IMG/VR virus record: IMGVR_UViG_3300027816_000051
Span: 124,001-188,000 of that record
Reading direction: 5' to 3' (one strand)
Length of the DNA: 64,000 nucleotides
Each line of letters starts with the position of its first letter. Positions within the stretch are counted from its first letter, which is position 1. The translations under genes were made by a program, and so were the position numbers. Under the pieces are notes generated by a model. The model saw only the letters and a program-made list of their open reading frames with translations. It had not been told where the DNA came from and did not search any database. Below, piece after piece: positions 29,103 through 39,588 of the stretch.

Positions 29103-29408
29103 ATGGAATTAGTAACAGTTGAAAAACTAAATGAAATGAAACAAAACGGTGAGAAAGTTCTTGCCGACTTTTACGCTGAATGGTGTGGACCATGTAAAAT
29201 GTTATTACCAAAATTAGATTTACTACAACACGAATACCCTGATGTTAAATTCGTCAAGGTTAATGTTGATTCTGAAATGTCAGGTTCTCAAGAATATGGG
29301 GTACGTTCAGTACCAACGGTAATGATATTTAATGGTAATAACGAAGTATCAAGAACATCAGGTGTTAGACCCGATTCTTTTTACAAAGAAATATTAAACA
29401 CTTTATAA
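29103..29408 (+). CDS. trxA: Thioredoxin
   Basis: DFYAEWCGPCK, VRSVPT. Confidence 0.92.
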   Translation: MELVTVEKLNEMKQNGEKVLADFYAEWCGPCKMLLPKLDLLQHEYPDVKFVKVNVDSEMSGSQEYGVRSVPTVMIFNGNNEVSRTSGVRPDSFYKEILNTL

Positions 29409-29409
29409 T

Positions 29410-29703
29410 ATGGCGAATGAATTACTTCTATTTACACTTGAGGGTTGTGGAGGTTGTAAAAGATTAAAAGAGAGACTCCAAAAAGAATCATTACCTTACC
29501 GAGAAGTTGAAGTTGGTAAGAATAAAGAGATTTGGAATAAAGTAATTGAACAAACGGGTAATGAATATTTACCCGCCTTTTACATTAAAAAAGACGACAC
29601 TGGTAAAGGACCCTTTTTTTGTCCCGAAAAAGATTTTAATGGGGACGACGAGGCGTTAGCAATTATATTAAAATACATTGAAAAAAAAGAAGGGGGTCAA
29701 TAA
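29410..29703 (+). CDS. Glutaredoxin-like protein
   Basis: FTLEGCGGCK CxxC; YLP cis-Pro region. Confidence 0.7.
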   Translation: MANELLLFTLEGCGGCKRLKERLQKESLPYREVEVGKNKEIWNKVIEQTGNEYLPAFYIKKDDTGKGPFFCPEKDFNGDDEALAIILKYIEKKEGGQ

Positions 29704-29714
29704 CCCCCTTTTTT
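29690..29714. terminator. Bidirectional intrinsic terminator between convergent operons
   Basis: AAGGGGGT-CAATA-ACCCCCTT with an A run before and a T run after. Confidence 0.8.
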
Positions 29715-30774
29715 ATTTAACTAAACTATTAATCCATTTATAGGTTTTTTCCATTCCATAGAACAGAGGTTCACTAACAACCCAACCTATTTTTTCGTGG
29801 TATAATTTATTGTCTGAATTTCTTCCCCTCACACCAACAGGACATTTATATCCATACTTCTGTTTAAATTCTTCCCCACCAATATTTCTGATATAAATTT
29901 CTTTACCTGAAATATCTATAGCCATTTGAGCCAAATCATTAATTGTTACTTTCTCTTCAGAACCAATGTTTACAGGACCCAAAAAAGAGTCTTGTCTCAT
30001 TAGTCTTAAAACCGCTTCAACACATTCATCCACATATAAGAATGAACGAGTCTGTTGACCATCACCCCAAACTTCAATTTCTCCACCGTCTAACATTTCG
30101 GCAACTTTTCTACACATAGCTGCTGGTGCTTTTTCTTTACCACCTTTCCACGTACCATATGGACCAAATATGTTATGAAATCTAGCAATTCGAACATCCA
30201 AACCGTGATTTCTGTGAAAAGCCAAGTACAACCTTTCCGAAAAAAGTTTTTCCCAACCATATTCTGAATCAGGATTCGCGGGATATGCTGATGATTCTTC
30301 ACAATTTGGGTTGTTAGGGTCTAATTGATTGTGTTCAGGATACATACATGCCGATGATGAATAAAAAATCTTCTTAACTTTTGTCTTCACTGATTCATTT
30401 ACAACATTTAAATTTATCATTGCAGAATTGTGCATAACATTCGCGTCATTTTCACCAGTGAAGATGTAACCAGCACCACCCATATCGGCAGCTAATTGAT
30501 AAACCTCATCAAATGGGACCTCAGTTGAATATGGTTGTTTGTAATAATTAAACGGTAATATCGTACCATTTAATTCTTCTAATCTCATTACTGATGATAC
30601 GTTTTTTGGGTCCGTAAGGTCATATATTAAGAATTCGTCACAAAAGTCTTTCTCATCAAAATATTCGTGTCTTTTTATATCAACTACTCTTACGTAGTTT
30701 CCTTCATTTTTTAATCTTTTTGCTAGGTGACCACCAATAAATCCGCCACCACCCAATACTAATACTCGTTTCAT
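29713..30774 (-). CDS. NAD-dependent epimerase, GDP-mannose 3,5-epimerase-like
   Basis: GGGGFIG, QLAADMGGAGYI, SSACMYPE, YGWEK, KAPAAMCRK, VRGRNSDN. Confidence 0.85.
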   Translation of the reverse strand: MKRVLVLGGGGFIGGHLAKRLKNEGNYVRVVDIKRHEYFDEKDFCDEFLIYDLTDPKNVSSVMRLEELNGTILPFNYYKQPYSTEVPFDEVYQLAADMGGAGYIFTGENDANVMHNSAMINLNVVNESVKTKVKKIFYSSSACMYPEHNQLDPNNPNCEESSAYPANPDSEYGWEKLFSERLYLAFHRNHGLDVRIARFHNIFGPYGTWKGGKEKAPAAMCRKVAEMLDGGEIEVWGDGQQTRSFLYVDECVEAVLRLMRQDSFLGPVNIGSEEKVTINDLAQMAIDISGKEIYIRNIGGEEFKQKYGYKCPVGVRGRNSDNKLYHEKIGWVVSEPLFYGMEKTYKWINSLVK

Positions 30775-31388
30775 TTTATTTTTTTAAAAAATCCCTCACC
30801 AAAATTATTACCCCACCAAAATTGTTCAACACAGGTAAACCCATGATGTGTCATCCAATTGTTTATTTCATCAAAGTGTGGACAACCTTTATATAATTCG
30901 GCTCTGTTTATTTCTACAATAACGTAGTCAATGTTGATTAATGTATTCACGGAACCTTTGAGAACCTCTAATTCAAAACCTTGAACATCGATATTCATCA
31001 TGTTGTATTTTGAAAAATCGTAATTTAAATCATCCAATCTATCCATTTCAACTTCTTCTACAGAATCAAAAACGATATGAGGAAATTGAACAGAATGTAA
31101 TTTCGGTTCTAATATTGAGGATGACATACCTTTATTAAAGGATTCTACAAACATAGAAACTTTTCTCTTTTCATTACCTAACGCCAGTTTAACTAAAATT
31201 GCGTCATCATCTATTTTTTCTTTTAAGGTCTCAAAATTAGACGATAGAGGTTCAAAGTATATTCTGTTTGAAATACCCAATTCCTTATAAACTTCATCTT
31301 CTTGACCAAAATGTGCACCAACGTGAATCACACCATGGATATTAACATTATGATTAATCATAAATGTCTTTAGCTCTATATTATTCAT
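30771..31388 (-). CDS. FkbM-family methyltransferase
   Basis: IHVGAHFG, YFEP, IDVQGFELEVLKG. Confidence 0.85.
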   Translation of the reverse strand: MNNIELKTFMINHNVNIHGVIHVGAHFGQEDEVYKELGISNRIYFEPLSSNFETLKEKIDDDAILVKLALGNEKRKVSMFVESFNKGMSSSILEPKLHSVQFPHIVFDSVEEVEMDRLDDLNYDFSKYNMMNIDVQGFELEVLKGSVNTLINIDYVIVEINRAELYKGCPHFDEINNWMTHHGFTCVEQFWWGNNFGEGFFKKIK

Positions 31389-32182
31389 TCTCTATCCTCT
31401 TTATATTTGTCTTTATTATACAATAAATCCCTGTGTTTTTCAAGTATTTTTGCTGCGTTTACGTAAACTAAATTATTATGTAATGATTGATTTTTTTGTC
31501 TAGTGGTCCCCCATCCAGGTTCGGAAATATAATCTATCGTATATAAACCTGACACTTTTCCGAGTTCTTTGAATGCTCTCATGGACATATCCATATCATC
31601 ATAATTTTGGGGTGAAAAATATTCGTCTAAAAAATTTAATTTGACCACGTCATTATAGTTGTACATTAGTGGACCTCTGTTACCATATTCTCTAGCATAA
31701 AAAATATCTCTTGATGAGTTATCTTTATGTGCAATATCGATGTAATTTATTTGTTTTGTTTGTTCATTATAGATGTTATTGTGAGCAACAAAAGATGTTA
31801 CAGCGAACACATCACTATATTTTATGAACGGTTCCAACATCCTCTTATCAAAATCTTTTTCTGTGACAACCATATCATCTTGGATTAAGACCACATAATC
31901 ATTTATAACAGACTTTAGACCAATATTATTTGCTTTGGTTTCAAAAACATTGTCGGCATACAGGTAATCAATTTTTTTATTACTAACTCTCTTTAAATTG
32001 TCACGAACAATACCTTCACTATTATCTGTACAACCATCAAAAACTATTACAATCTGGTCATTCAGTTCTGATAAATTATTTACCAAGTTACTCACCACTT
32101 GGTTCATTAAGAATTCCTTGTTGTGAATTGTCAATACTACTGATGTTTTCATTTTAAAAGATATTTTGATAATTCTATACAA
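31385..32182 (-). CDS. GT2 (GT-A) glycosyltransferase
   Basis: SVVLTIHN, FDGCTD, LIQDD, YDDMDMSMR. Confidence 0.8.
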   Translation of the reverse strand: MYRIIKISFKMKTSVVLTIHNKEFLMNQVVSNLVNNLSELNDQIVIVFDGCTDNSEGIVRDNLKRVSNKKIDYLYADNVFETKANNIGLKSVINDYVVLIQDDMVVTEKDFDKRMLEPFIKYSDVFAVTSFVAHNNIYNEQTKQINYIDIAHKDNSSRDIFYAREYGNRGPLMYNYNDVVKLNFLDEYFSPQNYDDMDMSMRAFKELGKVSGLYTIDYISEPGWGTTRQKNQSLHNNLVYVNAAKILEKHRDLLYNKDKYKEDRE

Positions 32183-32910
32183 TCACCTTTTCTATCAAAC
32201 AGGTGGTCAACATAATTATACGTTTCAATCACGTTATAATTTTCTTTGTGAAAAATCCAATTATTTGCCGTTTGCTCACAACAATGATAAATCTTCGAGT
32301 CTGTATCAGTCACATCTGAAATGTCTACCGATATCATATCTTCCATAATTTTTTTTGCTTGGTGAATATTGTAATCCGCGGGCAACCCAAAAATACCTAA
32401 ATTATAAATTTTAAAATCTAAATCATTTGTAACCTGTTTACATATTTTTATTTCACCCCATCTCGGGTCACCATTCCTAACGATTCTTTCATACTTCCAA
32501 ACCATAATAGAATTATCATCAATTTGTGGTAATTCCGAATGAAAAAATAAATCATTATCGATTTTTACAGTGTACTCAGTTTCTGATTTTGCATAATTAA
32601 TAAAATCATTTAAAACTGTAAAACTATAATTAAGACTTTCATTGTATTTGGTAAGTTGTTCCGTGTAATCAATATAAATAATTCTGTCTTGGTCAATGTT
32701 ATACTTGTTCATTTTTTCTTTCATACCCTCAACATCATCAGTATAAAGATGTAAAATACTTTTTCTATTCTTATCAATAAATGAAGCATAAGATGCTGAT
32801 GAATAATCAGATATAAACTCTTTATTTTTGTAGACATCAAACGCCCATTTCCGACCGATTTGGGACATTTTATTTAAGTCATAATTATAATTTAATGCAA
32901 TAAATTTCAT
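32149..32910 (-). CDS. Putative GT-A-like transferase
   Basis: LHLYTD, VKIDND (DxD), NLGIF, CEQ; operon context. Confidence 0.5.
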   Translation of the reverse strand: MKFIALNYNYDLNKMSQIGRKWAFDVYKNKEFISDYSSASYASFIDKNRKSILHLYTDDVEGMKEKMNKYNIDQDRIIYIDYTEQLTKYNESLNYSFTVLNDFINYAKSETEYTVKIDNDLFFHSELPQIDDNSIMVWKYERIVRNGDPRWGEIKICKQVTNDLDFKIYNLGIFGLPADYNIHQAKKIMEDMISVDISDVTDTDSKIYHCCEQTANNWIFHKENYNVIETYNYVDHLFDRKGDCIELSKYLLK

Positions 32911-33581
32911 GGTATATATACGTTGTATTTTATTCTATAATCGAGACAATAATCAAATTTTAAATTATGTTTCACAACCAAGTTAGTTAATATACTTTGG
33001 TCATTTCTATGGAATTGCCAATTTGGAAAATTCTCACCAATTTGATTTGGTTCATTGTCAACTATCTGTTTAATACTACAATACTTAAAATAATCGTGAA
33101 CAAATTCCATCATTTGTTTGGTTTTTTTAATGATGATAAATCCTGCTTCCATCTGTGGTGTTTCATGAAACTTTTCTTCATCACAATCCATCAAGATAAA
33201 ACAGTCTCTTTTTGTACATATTTTTTGAGGCCAACGATTTCCATTCCAATTTGTAAAATAATAATCATTATCTTTCAAATAATTTGCAATCGTATTATAA
33301 TCAACATCAACTAAATCACCGGCATCGGTATAAATTAATGCATCCCCATCTTCTAATTCATTCAAAATATCTAAAATAATTTTTGGTTTCCACAACCAAA
33401 ATCCATCACCCGTTTCACAATCTAATATTTCTTTATGGTTTTCATAAAAAATACCTTTCTTAACATCTTCAGATTTAAATCCTCGGATATCATTGAAACC
33501 ACGTGAATTATAATATCCGATTAATTTTTGAACGGTGTTACTAAATTTATTGTTGGTGTAAAAAGATAGAACAATTTTCAT
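32907..33581 (-). CDS. Putative glycosyltransferase (GT-A-like)
   Basis: FWLWKP, IYTDAG, HRNDQSIL. Confidence 0.55.
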   Translation of the reverse strand: MKIVLSFYTNNKFSNTVQKLIGYYNSRGFNDIRGFKSEDVKKGIFYENHKEILDCETGDGFWLWKPKIILDILNELEDGDALIYTDAGDLVDVDYNTIANYLKDNDYYFTNWNGNRWPQKICTKRDCFILMDCDEEKFHETPQMEAGFIIIKKTKQMMEFVHDYFKYCSIKQIVDNEPNQIGENFPNWQFHRNDQSILTNLVVKHNLKFDYCLDYRIKYNVYIP

Positions 33582-33583
33582 TA

Positions 33584-34285
33584 TTAATGTATCCCCCGAA
33601 CATTTACGTTTATTTCATATTCATTTATTAATGGAGAGAGTTCATTAGGGTATTCAGATAAATTCCATTTACCTCTAACTAAAGCCGTTGCTATATATGG
33701 ATAAACAGAACTATCAAAATGATTCAACCCCCTTTTGTTTTCACCATCGTAATGATATAAACCTTTGATGTTGTTTTCTATCATAAAATTTCTATATGTT
33801 TCATTCTCTAACCACATATTATTTTTGGTACCTTTCATGATTTTAATGTAATCATCTTTTTTCCAAATAGTTGGTTGCATAGAAAATATATCTTTATTGT
33901 CGGATTCTATTTCATATAAGGTCTCATAAATTTTTTTATCTTTAACAGACCCCGATTTTAACAATCTAATGAACGAATATTCTTGGTTATCATGTAAAAA
34001 ATCGAGGTAATTAAAAATTTTATCATGACTGACATTGTTATAAAGAATAAAGTCTTCTTGTAAGTATATAAAATAGTCATATGGTATTGAAGATAAACAC
34101 TTTAACCATGATTCATAATAAGGTTCTTGATTTTCATATAAAAAACAAATTTGCTCGGGTATCATTACATCTGTAATAAAATACATCGGTAAGTTTGTGT
34201 ACTTTTTTTGTTCTAACAAGAACATATCCAAAATATCTGAACATTTTGAATTTGTATAAGTAACGTAACAAATTTTATTATCCAT
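33584..34285 (-). CDS. Putative glycosyltransferase (GT-A-like)
   Basis: YLQEDF, FSMQPTIW; operon context. Confidence 0.5.
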   Translation of the reverse strand: MDNKICYVTYTNSKCSDILDMFLLEQKKYTNLPMYFITDVMIPEQICFLYENQEPYYESWLKCLSSIPYDYFIYLQEDFILYNNVSHDKIFNYLDFLHDNQEYSFIRLLKSGSVKDKKIYETLYEIESDNKDIFSMQPTIWKKDDYIKIMKGTKNNMWLENETYRNFMIENNIKGLYHYDGENKRGLNHFDSSVYPYIATALVRGKWNLSEYPNELSPLINEYEINVNVRGIH

Positions 34286-35012
34286 AAGGTGTTAAATTTT
34301 TGTTGATATAAACCACATCCATTTCTGTGTTTGAAGATTCTGGCGACTCGTCTATTGGTATAAACCTATTTAGTTTTTCATCTAGTTCAGATTTACTTGT
34401 AGAACCACGATATAATTCCTGTAACCCTACTTCGGTGGTTATTATTTTTACATCATTTAAATATTCTTTTAGAGAGTCTAATACGATATTTTCTGCACCT
34501 TGAACATCCATCCAAATCAAATCAACACTTTTAATATCATTTTCTTTTAACCAATCACTAAGAACAATACAGTCAACCTCAGTTTCCTTTTGGGCCCACT
34601 GAGATGAACGCCAGTGGTTTGTTGTCTGTAATAAAGAACTGGCACCCACATTTCCATTATAAACTTCGTAAAATTTAGTTTTACCGTTGTAATTGTTTAT
34701 TGCGTATTGGTAAACTTTTATGTTATTAATTTTCTCAACGTTCTTAACTGTAAATTCGTAGTTTTCTTTTACTGGTTCAAACGCATATATTTTAGCATGT
34801 GGAAACCATCTATTTAACTCTAAACTTTGGCAACCATCTCTTGACCCAATATCTAATATTGTGTTGACATCATTAAAGTCAATTTTATCTTTTATAACAT
34901 TAATCATTTTTGTTGTCCATAATGGACATCTACCATTCAAATCGGTAAAGGCACCCCTATTTAATTCATCTTGAGTAAATGCGTCGTCAATAAATTTTGA
35001 ATTATCTATCAT
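34278..35012 (-). CDS. FkbM-family methyltransferase
   Basis: LDIGSRDG, YAFEP, WMDVQGAE. Confidence 0.85.
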   Translation of the reverse strand: MIDNSKFIDDAFTQDELNRGAFTDLNGRCPLWTTKMINVIKDKIDFNDVNTILDIGSRDGCQSLELNRWFPHAKIYAFEPVKENYEFTVKNVEKINNIKVYQYAINNYNGKTKFYEVYNGNVGASSLLQTTNHWRSSQWAQKETEVDCIVLSDWLKENDIKSVDLIWMDVQGAENIVLDSLKEYLNDVKIITTEVGLQELYRGSTSKSELDEKLNRFIPIDESPESSNTEMDVVYINKNLTPYG

Positions 35013-35023
35013 TTTTATAATTT

Positions 35024-35614
35024 TTAAATCACCACCATACTATAACATGGTGCGTCTTTATATGTGGACAAATTAATATTTCGTTTTAACCAAAAAATTT
35101 CATTATCATTACTTAATTCGCCACCCATAAAGTTTATATTTTTATAGTTAAGTGATATTATATTTTCCGTGATTATTTTTTCCGAATACTCATCGTGTAT
35201 GGTAGATACATTCCAAATATCAAACACCGTATCTATTTCACCCTCCACAAAATAATCAACAAAATATTTTCCTTCATTATGCCAAGTCAAAAAATTTACA
35301 CACTCTTTTTTAAATGTGGAAACTAATCTATTTGCATTAGATGGTAGTAAATCACTTCTCCATTTAAGGACTCTGTTGTAACCTATTTCTTTGGCTTTCA
35401 TTATTCCATTCAAAGTTGATATTTTTTGTAGTGCTATATTTTGTACACCCCTATCGTGTGGAATACTGTTGAATAAGACAACATCATTAGTATCGTATTT
35501 TGATTCTTCACCTTGCCATGTTGACCAAATCAAATCATAACCAGTCCAAGCGTTTTTTAATTCTTTAACGTAGTCTGAAGGTCCTTGTACTATGACACAA
35601 AAATCATTATTCAT
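35024..35614 (-). CDS. WavE-like glycan biosynthesis protein
   Basis: VIVQGP, QKISTLNG, LKWRSD pattern. Confidence 0.45.
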   Translation of the reverse strand: MNNDFCVIVQGPSDYVKELKNAWTGYDLIWSTWQGEESKYDTNDVVLFNSIPHDRGVQNIALQKISTLNGIMKAKEIGYNRVLKWRSDLLPSNANRLVSTFKKECVNFLTWHNEGKYFVDYFVEGEIDTVFDIWNVSTIHDEYSEKIITENIISLNYKNINFMGGELSNDNEIFWLKRNINLSTYKDAPCYSMVVI

Positions 35615-35620
35615 ACTGAA

Positions 35621-36340
35621 TTAAAATTTTGATATGTGATTATGATATTGTGACCCTTCATACATGTATGGTCTAGTTATTTTATTATGTATGAATACAT
35701 CTAATGCGGAACCAAAATCAATATAAGTGTTATTACTATTATTTGTAAACATATGTTTTATGATAACAGCAGATGTTGGTCCACAACATACGATAAATAA
35801 AGTATCTTTATATTTTGAAGAAACATTGTATATTTTTTCTAAAAACGAATCTCTATGTTCTTCCCAATAGTTTACACAATCATTAGGGAACGGTACAAAT
35901 TCTGATACACTAAATGGTATGTTTTTTAAATCACAATTTTCATTACAAATTAAAACAACATCTCGATTTATATTTCTTATTCTTGATATATTTTCTTTGT
36001 AATTTGCGTTAATCCATAGGTTAGCAAATGTAATGTTTGATTTATTTTGTATTCTATCATATAAAAAATTATAGTCTCTAATACTATCAGTTTTGGAGGA
36101 TATTGCAAAATAAAAATTTGGGTCGTTCAACCCTATACATTCATTTAAATCCACACCTAATTTGGTTTGTCCCCCACTCGAAAACCATTTATCGTTTTGA
36201 TACGCTTGTGTATTCTTTTCTATCGGTGAATTATTCATTAACATCACTTCACCATCGGCATATCTAACAAAAGAAAAGTTAGTTCGACTATCTATCTTTT
36301 CCCAAAACGAATTAAAATCTTCAATATACTTTTCAATCAT
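35621..36340 (-). CDS. GT-D fold (DUF1792-like) glycosyltransferase
   Basis: FSFVRYADGE, CCGPTSAVI, YIDFGSALD correspond to the DUF1792 RFGDGE, GPTA and DIG motifs. Confidence 0.6.
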   Translation of the reverse strand: MIEKYIEDFNSFWEKIDSRTNFSFVRYADGEVMLMNNSPIEKNTQAYQNDKWFSSGGQTKLGVDLNECIGLNDPNFYFAISSKTDSIRDYNFLYDRIQNKSNITFANLWINANYKENISRIRNINRDVVLICNENCDLKNIPFSVSEFVPFPNDCVNYWEEHRDSFLEKIYNVSSKYKDTLFIVCCGPTSAVIIKHMFTNNSNNTYIDFGSALDVFIHNKITRPYMYEGSQYHNHISKF

Positions 36341-37061
36341 TTAATATTGTCTTAAATCCTTTATTTACATACCCACGGTAAACTTCACCCATTAAATTCA
36401 TATTTGAATGATTTACGGAAATTGCGTTGGAATCAGTTCCATGTTCCCATGCATATTCTGGTATACTACCCCACATTTCTCTATTTTCTTTAGGATGGGG
36501 AGGAACGTAAGTTCCGATATTTGCGTATTTCTGTAATGTATATGAAAAGTGCATATCCTCACCAACTAATTTACTCTGATTGATTTCAGGTAATTCTCTC
36601 CAAAATATCGATAACCATTCTCTTTTAAAGAACCACGAGTGACCAACAATGTCGACCTTTTCAATTTCTTCGTTAGGTTGGTCCCAACCGACTCTTGTTG
36701 CTGGCCAATAAGAGTTTTTTGTGTGAAATTTTACACCGATAGTTCCTAATAAACCTTCTTGAATTTTCATGGTGTTTAGACAGTTTTCTAACCATAGTTT
36801 ACCCGGTATTGTGTCATCATCAAAAACACAAATATATTCTGTGTTGGCATTTAAAGCAAATGCAAATCTTGCCCACACACCTAAATTACTATTACAAGAT
36901 GCGTGAATTAAATCTTTGGTTAGTCCCTCATCAAATTGAGAACCAGAATTTTGCCAAAATAAAATTGATTCGGGTTGGACACTTTGATTTCTAATTGATT
37001 CCAATTGTTTTTGGAGAACATGTGGTCTTTTATACCCATTTAATATTACCGTTATACTCAT
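36333..37061 (-). CDS. GT2 glycosyltransferase
   Basis: VILNGYKR, CVFDDD, GEDMHFS. Confidence 0.75.
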   Translation of the reverse strand: MSITVILNGYKRPHVLQKQLESIRNQSVQPESILFWQNSGSQFDEGLTKDLIHASCNSNLGVWARFAFALNANTEYICVFDDDTIPGKLWLENCLNTMKIQEGLLGTIGVKFHTKNSYWPATRVGWDQPNEEIEKVDIVGHSWFFKREWLSIFWRELPEINQSKLVGEDMHFSYTLQKYANIGTYVPPHPKENREMWGSIPEYAWEHGTDSNAISVNHSNMNLMGEVYRGYVNKGFKTILND

Positions 37062-38050
37062 ACAATTTTTCTAAATATTTCAATGATTCTTTCACAAGAA
37101 TTACCATCACCAAAAGGACAATCATATTCTGTTTGGAAATCGTTAATAATATCGTAAAAAATACCTTCTAAGTCAATGGGTTTTTTACATATAAAAGACG
37201 TTTTACCCAAGGACTCAGGTCTCTCAGTTTTTTCTCTACATACAATAACTTTCTTATTTAGGAACGACGCCTCTTCTTGAACACCCCCACTATCTGAAAT
37301 TAGTAATTTACAGGATTTGAATTCCTCAATAAATTTATCATGGGTTAATGGTTCAATAACATCAACATGTGTCAATATATGTTTGTGTTTTATGACGTTT
37401 GGGTTTGGGTGTATTGGAAGAATGAATTTTAATTCAGGATTATTCTTTGCTAATCGATTGATAACATCAAACCACTCCGACATCATCTCATGATTCTCTC
37501 TTCTATGTAAAGTGATTAAGACTTTATTTTCGTATGTAATATTTTCTTTATTAAGATTATCTAATACGGTATTGCCAACTACAAAATTTTTACCCTGAAC
37601 TTTTTCATTTTCTAAGTTCATCTTGTTACTTTCTGTTGGGCAAAGATTATAGTTTGAAATTCTACTAATTAACTGCCGATACATTTCTTCGGGGTAAGGG
37701 TGATTGTAGTCATATGTCCGTAATCCCGCTTCTAAATGAATCACTTCTTTTTTATGGTGTAATCCTATTAGGGATAATGAAAGAGCGGTTGCGGTGTCCC
37801 CTTGGATAAGTATATGTGTAACCCCTTCCAAAAATTCTTTTTTAAAATTTAAAAATACGGATGACATAATACTATCCAATCTATTTTCACACGTATCATC
37901 AATGGATAATTTATAATCAAAATCACCCAATACAATATCTTTGTGTTGGGTAACATATAAAATTTTATGGGGAATACTTTCCCCACACATTTCTATTAAT
38001 TTTTTTATTTTAATATACTCAGGTCTTGTGCCGTAACAAAATAATATCAT
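37058..38050 (-). CDS. wecB: UDP-N-acetylglucosamine 2-epimerase (non-hydrolysing)
   Basis: GTRPE, QGDTATA, HLEAGLR, PEE, GNTVLD, TLHRREN, DSGGVQEEA, ERPE, FGDG. Confidence 0.92.
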   Translation of the reverse strand: MILFCYGTRPEYIKIKKLIEMCGESIPHKILYVTQHKDIVLGDFDYKLSIDDTCENRLDSIMSSVFLNFKKEFLEGVTHILIQGDTATALSLSLIGLHHKKEVIHLEAGLRTYDYNHPYPEEMYRQLISRISNYNLCPTESNKMNLENEKVQGKNFVVGNTVLDNLNKENITYENKVLITLHRRENHEMMSEWFDVINRLAKNNPELKFILPIHPNPNVIKHKHILTHVDVIEPLTHDKFIEEFKSCKLLISDSGGVQEEASFLNKKVIVCREKTERPESLGKTSFICKKPIDLEGIFYDIINDFQTEYDCPFGDGNSCERIIEIFRKIV

Positions 38051-38868
38051 ATATAAGTTGAAATGATTTCTAAATTTTTTAAAGTGTTAGTTTCTAAGAA
38101 ATCAATTAATTCATCACCTGATAACCTATTAAACCATTCTTCTAAACTTGCACCATAATTTTGTGTCGTTATTACTTCCAAACCTAAACATTTTGCCTCA
38201 ACAACCAGTCTACAAAAAGTTTCTCTTGCTATCGGGAAAAACACAATACCTTTACATTTGGCCATATTACTTAAAAATTCAACTCTGTCTTTAGATTCTT
38301 TAAGAATATGGACCGGTAATTTATTTTCAGAACAATACTTCAGACTACCTTGGGTGTTCTTTATCCAATTATTTGTATAGTAAACAGAATATTTGTCGTT
38401 TTTAACATTGTTGGATTTATTTAAATTCCTCAATAATTCTAAGTCCTCATTTGACCATATCGAACTATTCAGATTTATAAAATTAGCAACAACATCGTTT
38501 TTAAGATAAACGTTCATGTGGTCGGTTGTTTGAACAAATACCGCTTTTGCATTCCGGTAAAGAGAATAGTTGGTTCTTTCCTCAATCGGAATTATGTTGT
38601 CGGTATATCTCCATGGGTGTCTACTTGCACATATTTTATAATCGTTTTCAATAATGACGTAGTTCAAATTTTGTATTTGATTAACCAAGTTTGGGTTCAT
38701 CAAAGAAATATTTGATATAATATACAGGGCGTTGTAATCAAATGACTTGACTTGGTTTGAATATTCAAACTCAAGATTAAATCTATCAATTAAAACTTGA
38801 TTCACCCATTCAGAACCACCGTGAGGTACTTCTTTAATGGTAAAATCCGATATAAGTATTTTCCTCAT
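38047..38868 (-). CDS. GT-B (GT4-like) glycosyltransferase
   Basis: GGSE; PIARETFCRLVVEAKCLG matches the E-x7-E motif. Confidence 0.65.
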   Translation of the reverse strand: MRKILISDFTIKEVPHGGSEWVNQVLIDRFNLEFEYSNQVKSFDYNALYIISNISLMNPNLVNQIQNLNYVIIENDYKICASRHPWRYTDNIIPIEERTNYSLYRNAKAVFVQTTDHMNVYLKNDVVANFINLNSSIWSNEDLELLRNLNKSNNVKNDKYSVYYTNNWIKNTQGSLKYCSENKLPVHILKESKDRVEFLSNMAKCKGIVFFPIARETFCRLVVEAKCLGLEVITTQNYGASLEEWFNRLSGDELIDFLETNTLKNLEIISTYI

Positions 38869-39587
38869 ATAACTTGATAATTTTCTTTTAACATGCTGTC
38901 CATGTAATTGAATGGTAAATTAAAATAATGTTCACCGAATTTATGTTGTTTATTGAACGATGACAATCTCTTTGCTCTTGAAATGTAAATGTTCTTCACG
39001 TAGTCTTTACCCAAGAATTTATAGTGAAGAAGTTTTATTTCCCGCTCATCCGAAAATTTACCATCAACAGAATTAAAACTGTGACCACCAATGCCGTATT
39101 TTATATCTAAATCAGGATGAAAAATTATATTTTTACACATTGGTTCATACGTTTGTGAACCTGTTTTAATTTTTGTTGTAATGAATTCACCGTCGTATAT
39201 TGGAAATTCAGTACTAACCATGTCGTGACCGTCTATTCTTGGGACGGTTATACCCATTTCTTTGTACTCTTGAAGTTTATCCATAAGATTTTCATGGTAT
39301 ATAAACTCATCACAGTCACAAACTATAACCCAATCAACACCCTGACCTCTACTTCTTTTTTTATACTCTTCGGATTTAATGTTTACGTAATTAATTTCAT
39401 TTATTTCATTACCACTATCCCATTTAATAACCTCAACTTTTGGGTACCTCTTATAAATCTCATCAGAGGAGTCCGTTGACATATTATCGTATATGAATAT
39501 TTTTTCACAGATTGTACTATAGTAATCCAATGTGAATGGTAATATTTTTTCTTCATTCCATGACAGTATATGTGCGTGTATCTTCAT
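38865..39587 (-). CDS. GT2-like glycosyltransferase
   Basis: WNEE, DNMSTDSS, IVCDCDE, LLHY. Confidence 0.75.
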   Translation of the reverse strand: MKIHAHILSWNEEKILPFTLDYYSTICEKIFIYDNMSTDSSDEIYKRYPKVEVIKWDSGNEINEINYVNIKSEEYKKRSRGQGVDWVIVCDCDEFIYHENLMDKLQEYKEMGITVPRIDGHDMVSTEFPIYDGEFITTKIKTGSQTYEPMCKNIIFHPDLDIKYGIGGHSFNSVDGKFSDEREIKLLHYKFLGKDYVKNIYISRAKRLSSFNKQHKFGEHYFNLPFNYMDSMLKENYQVI

Positions 39588-39588
39588 T

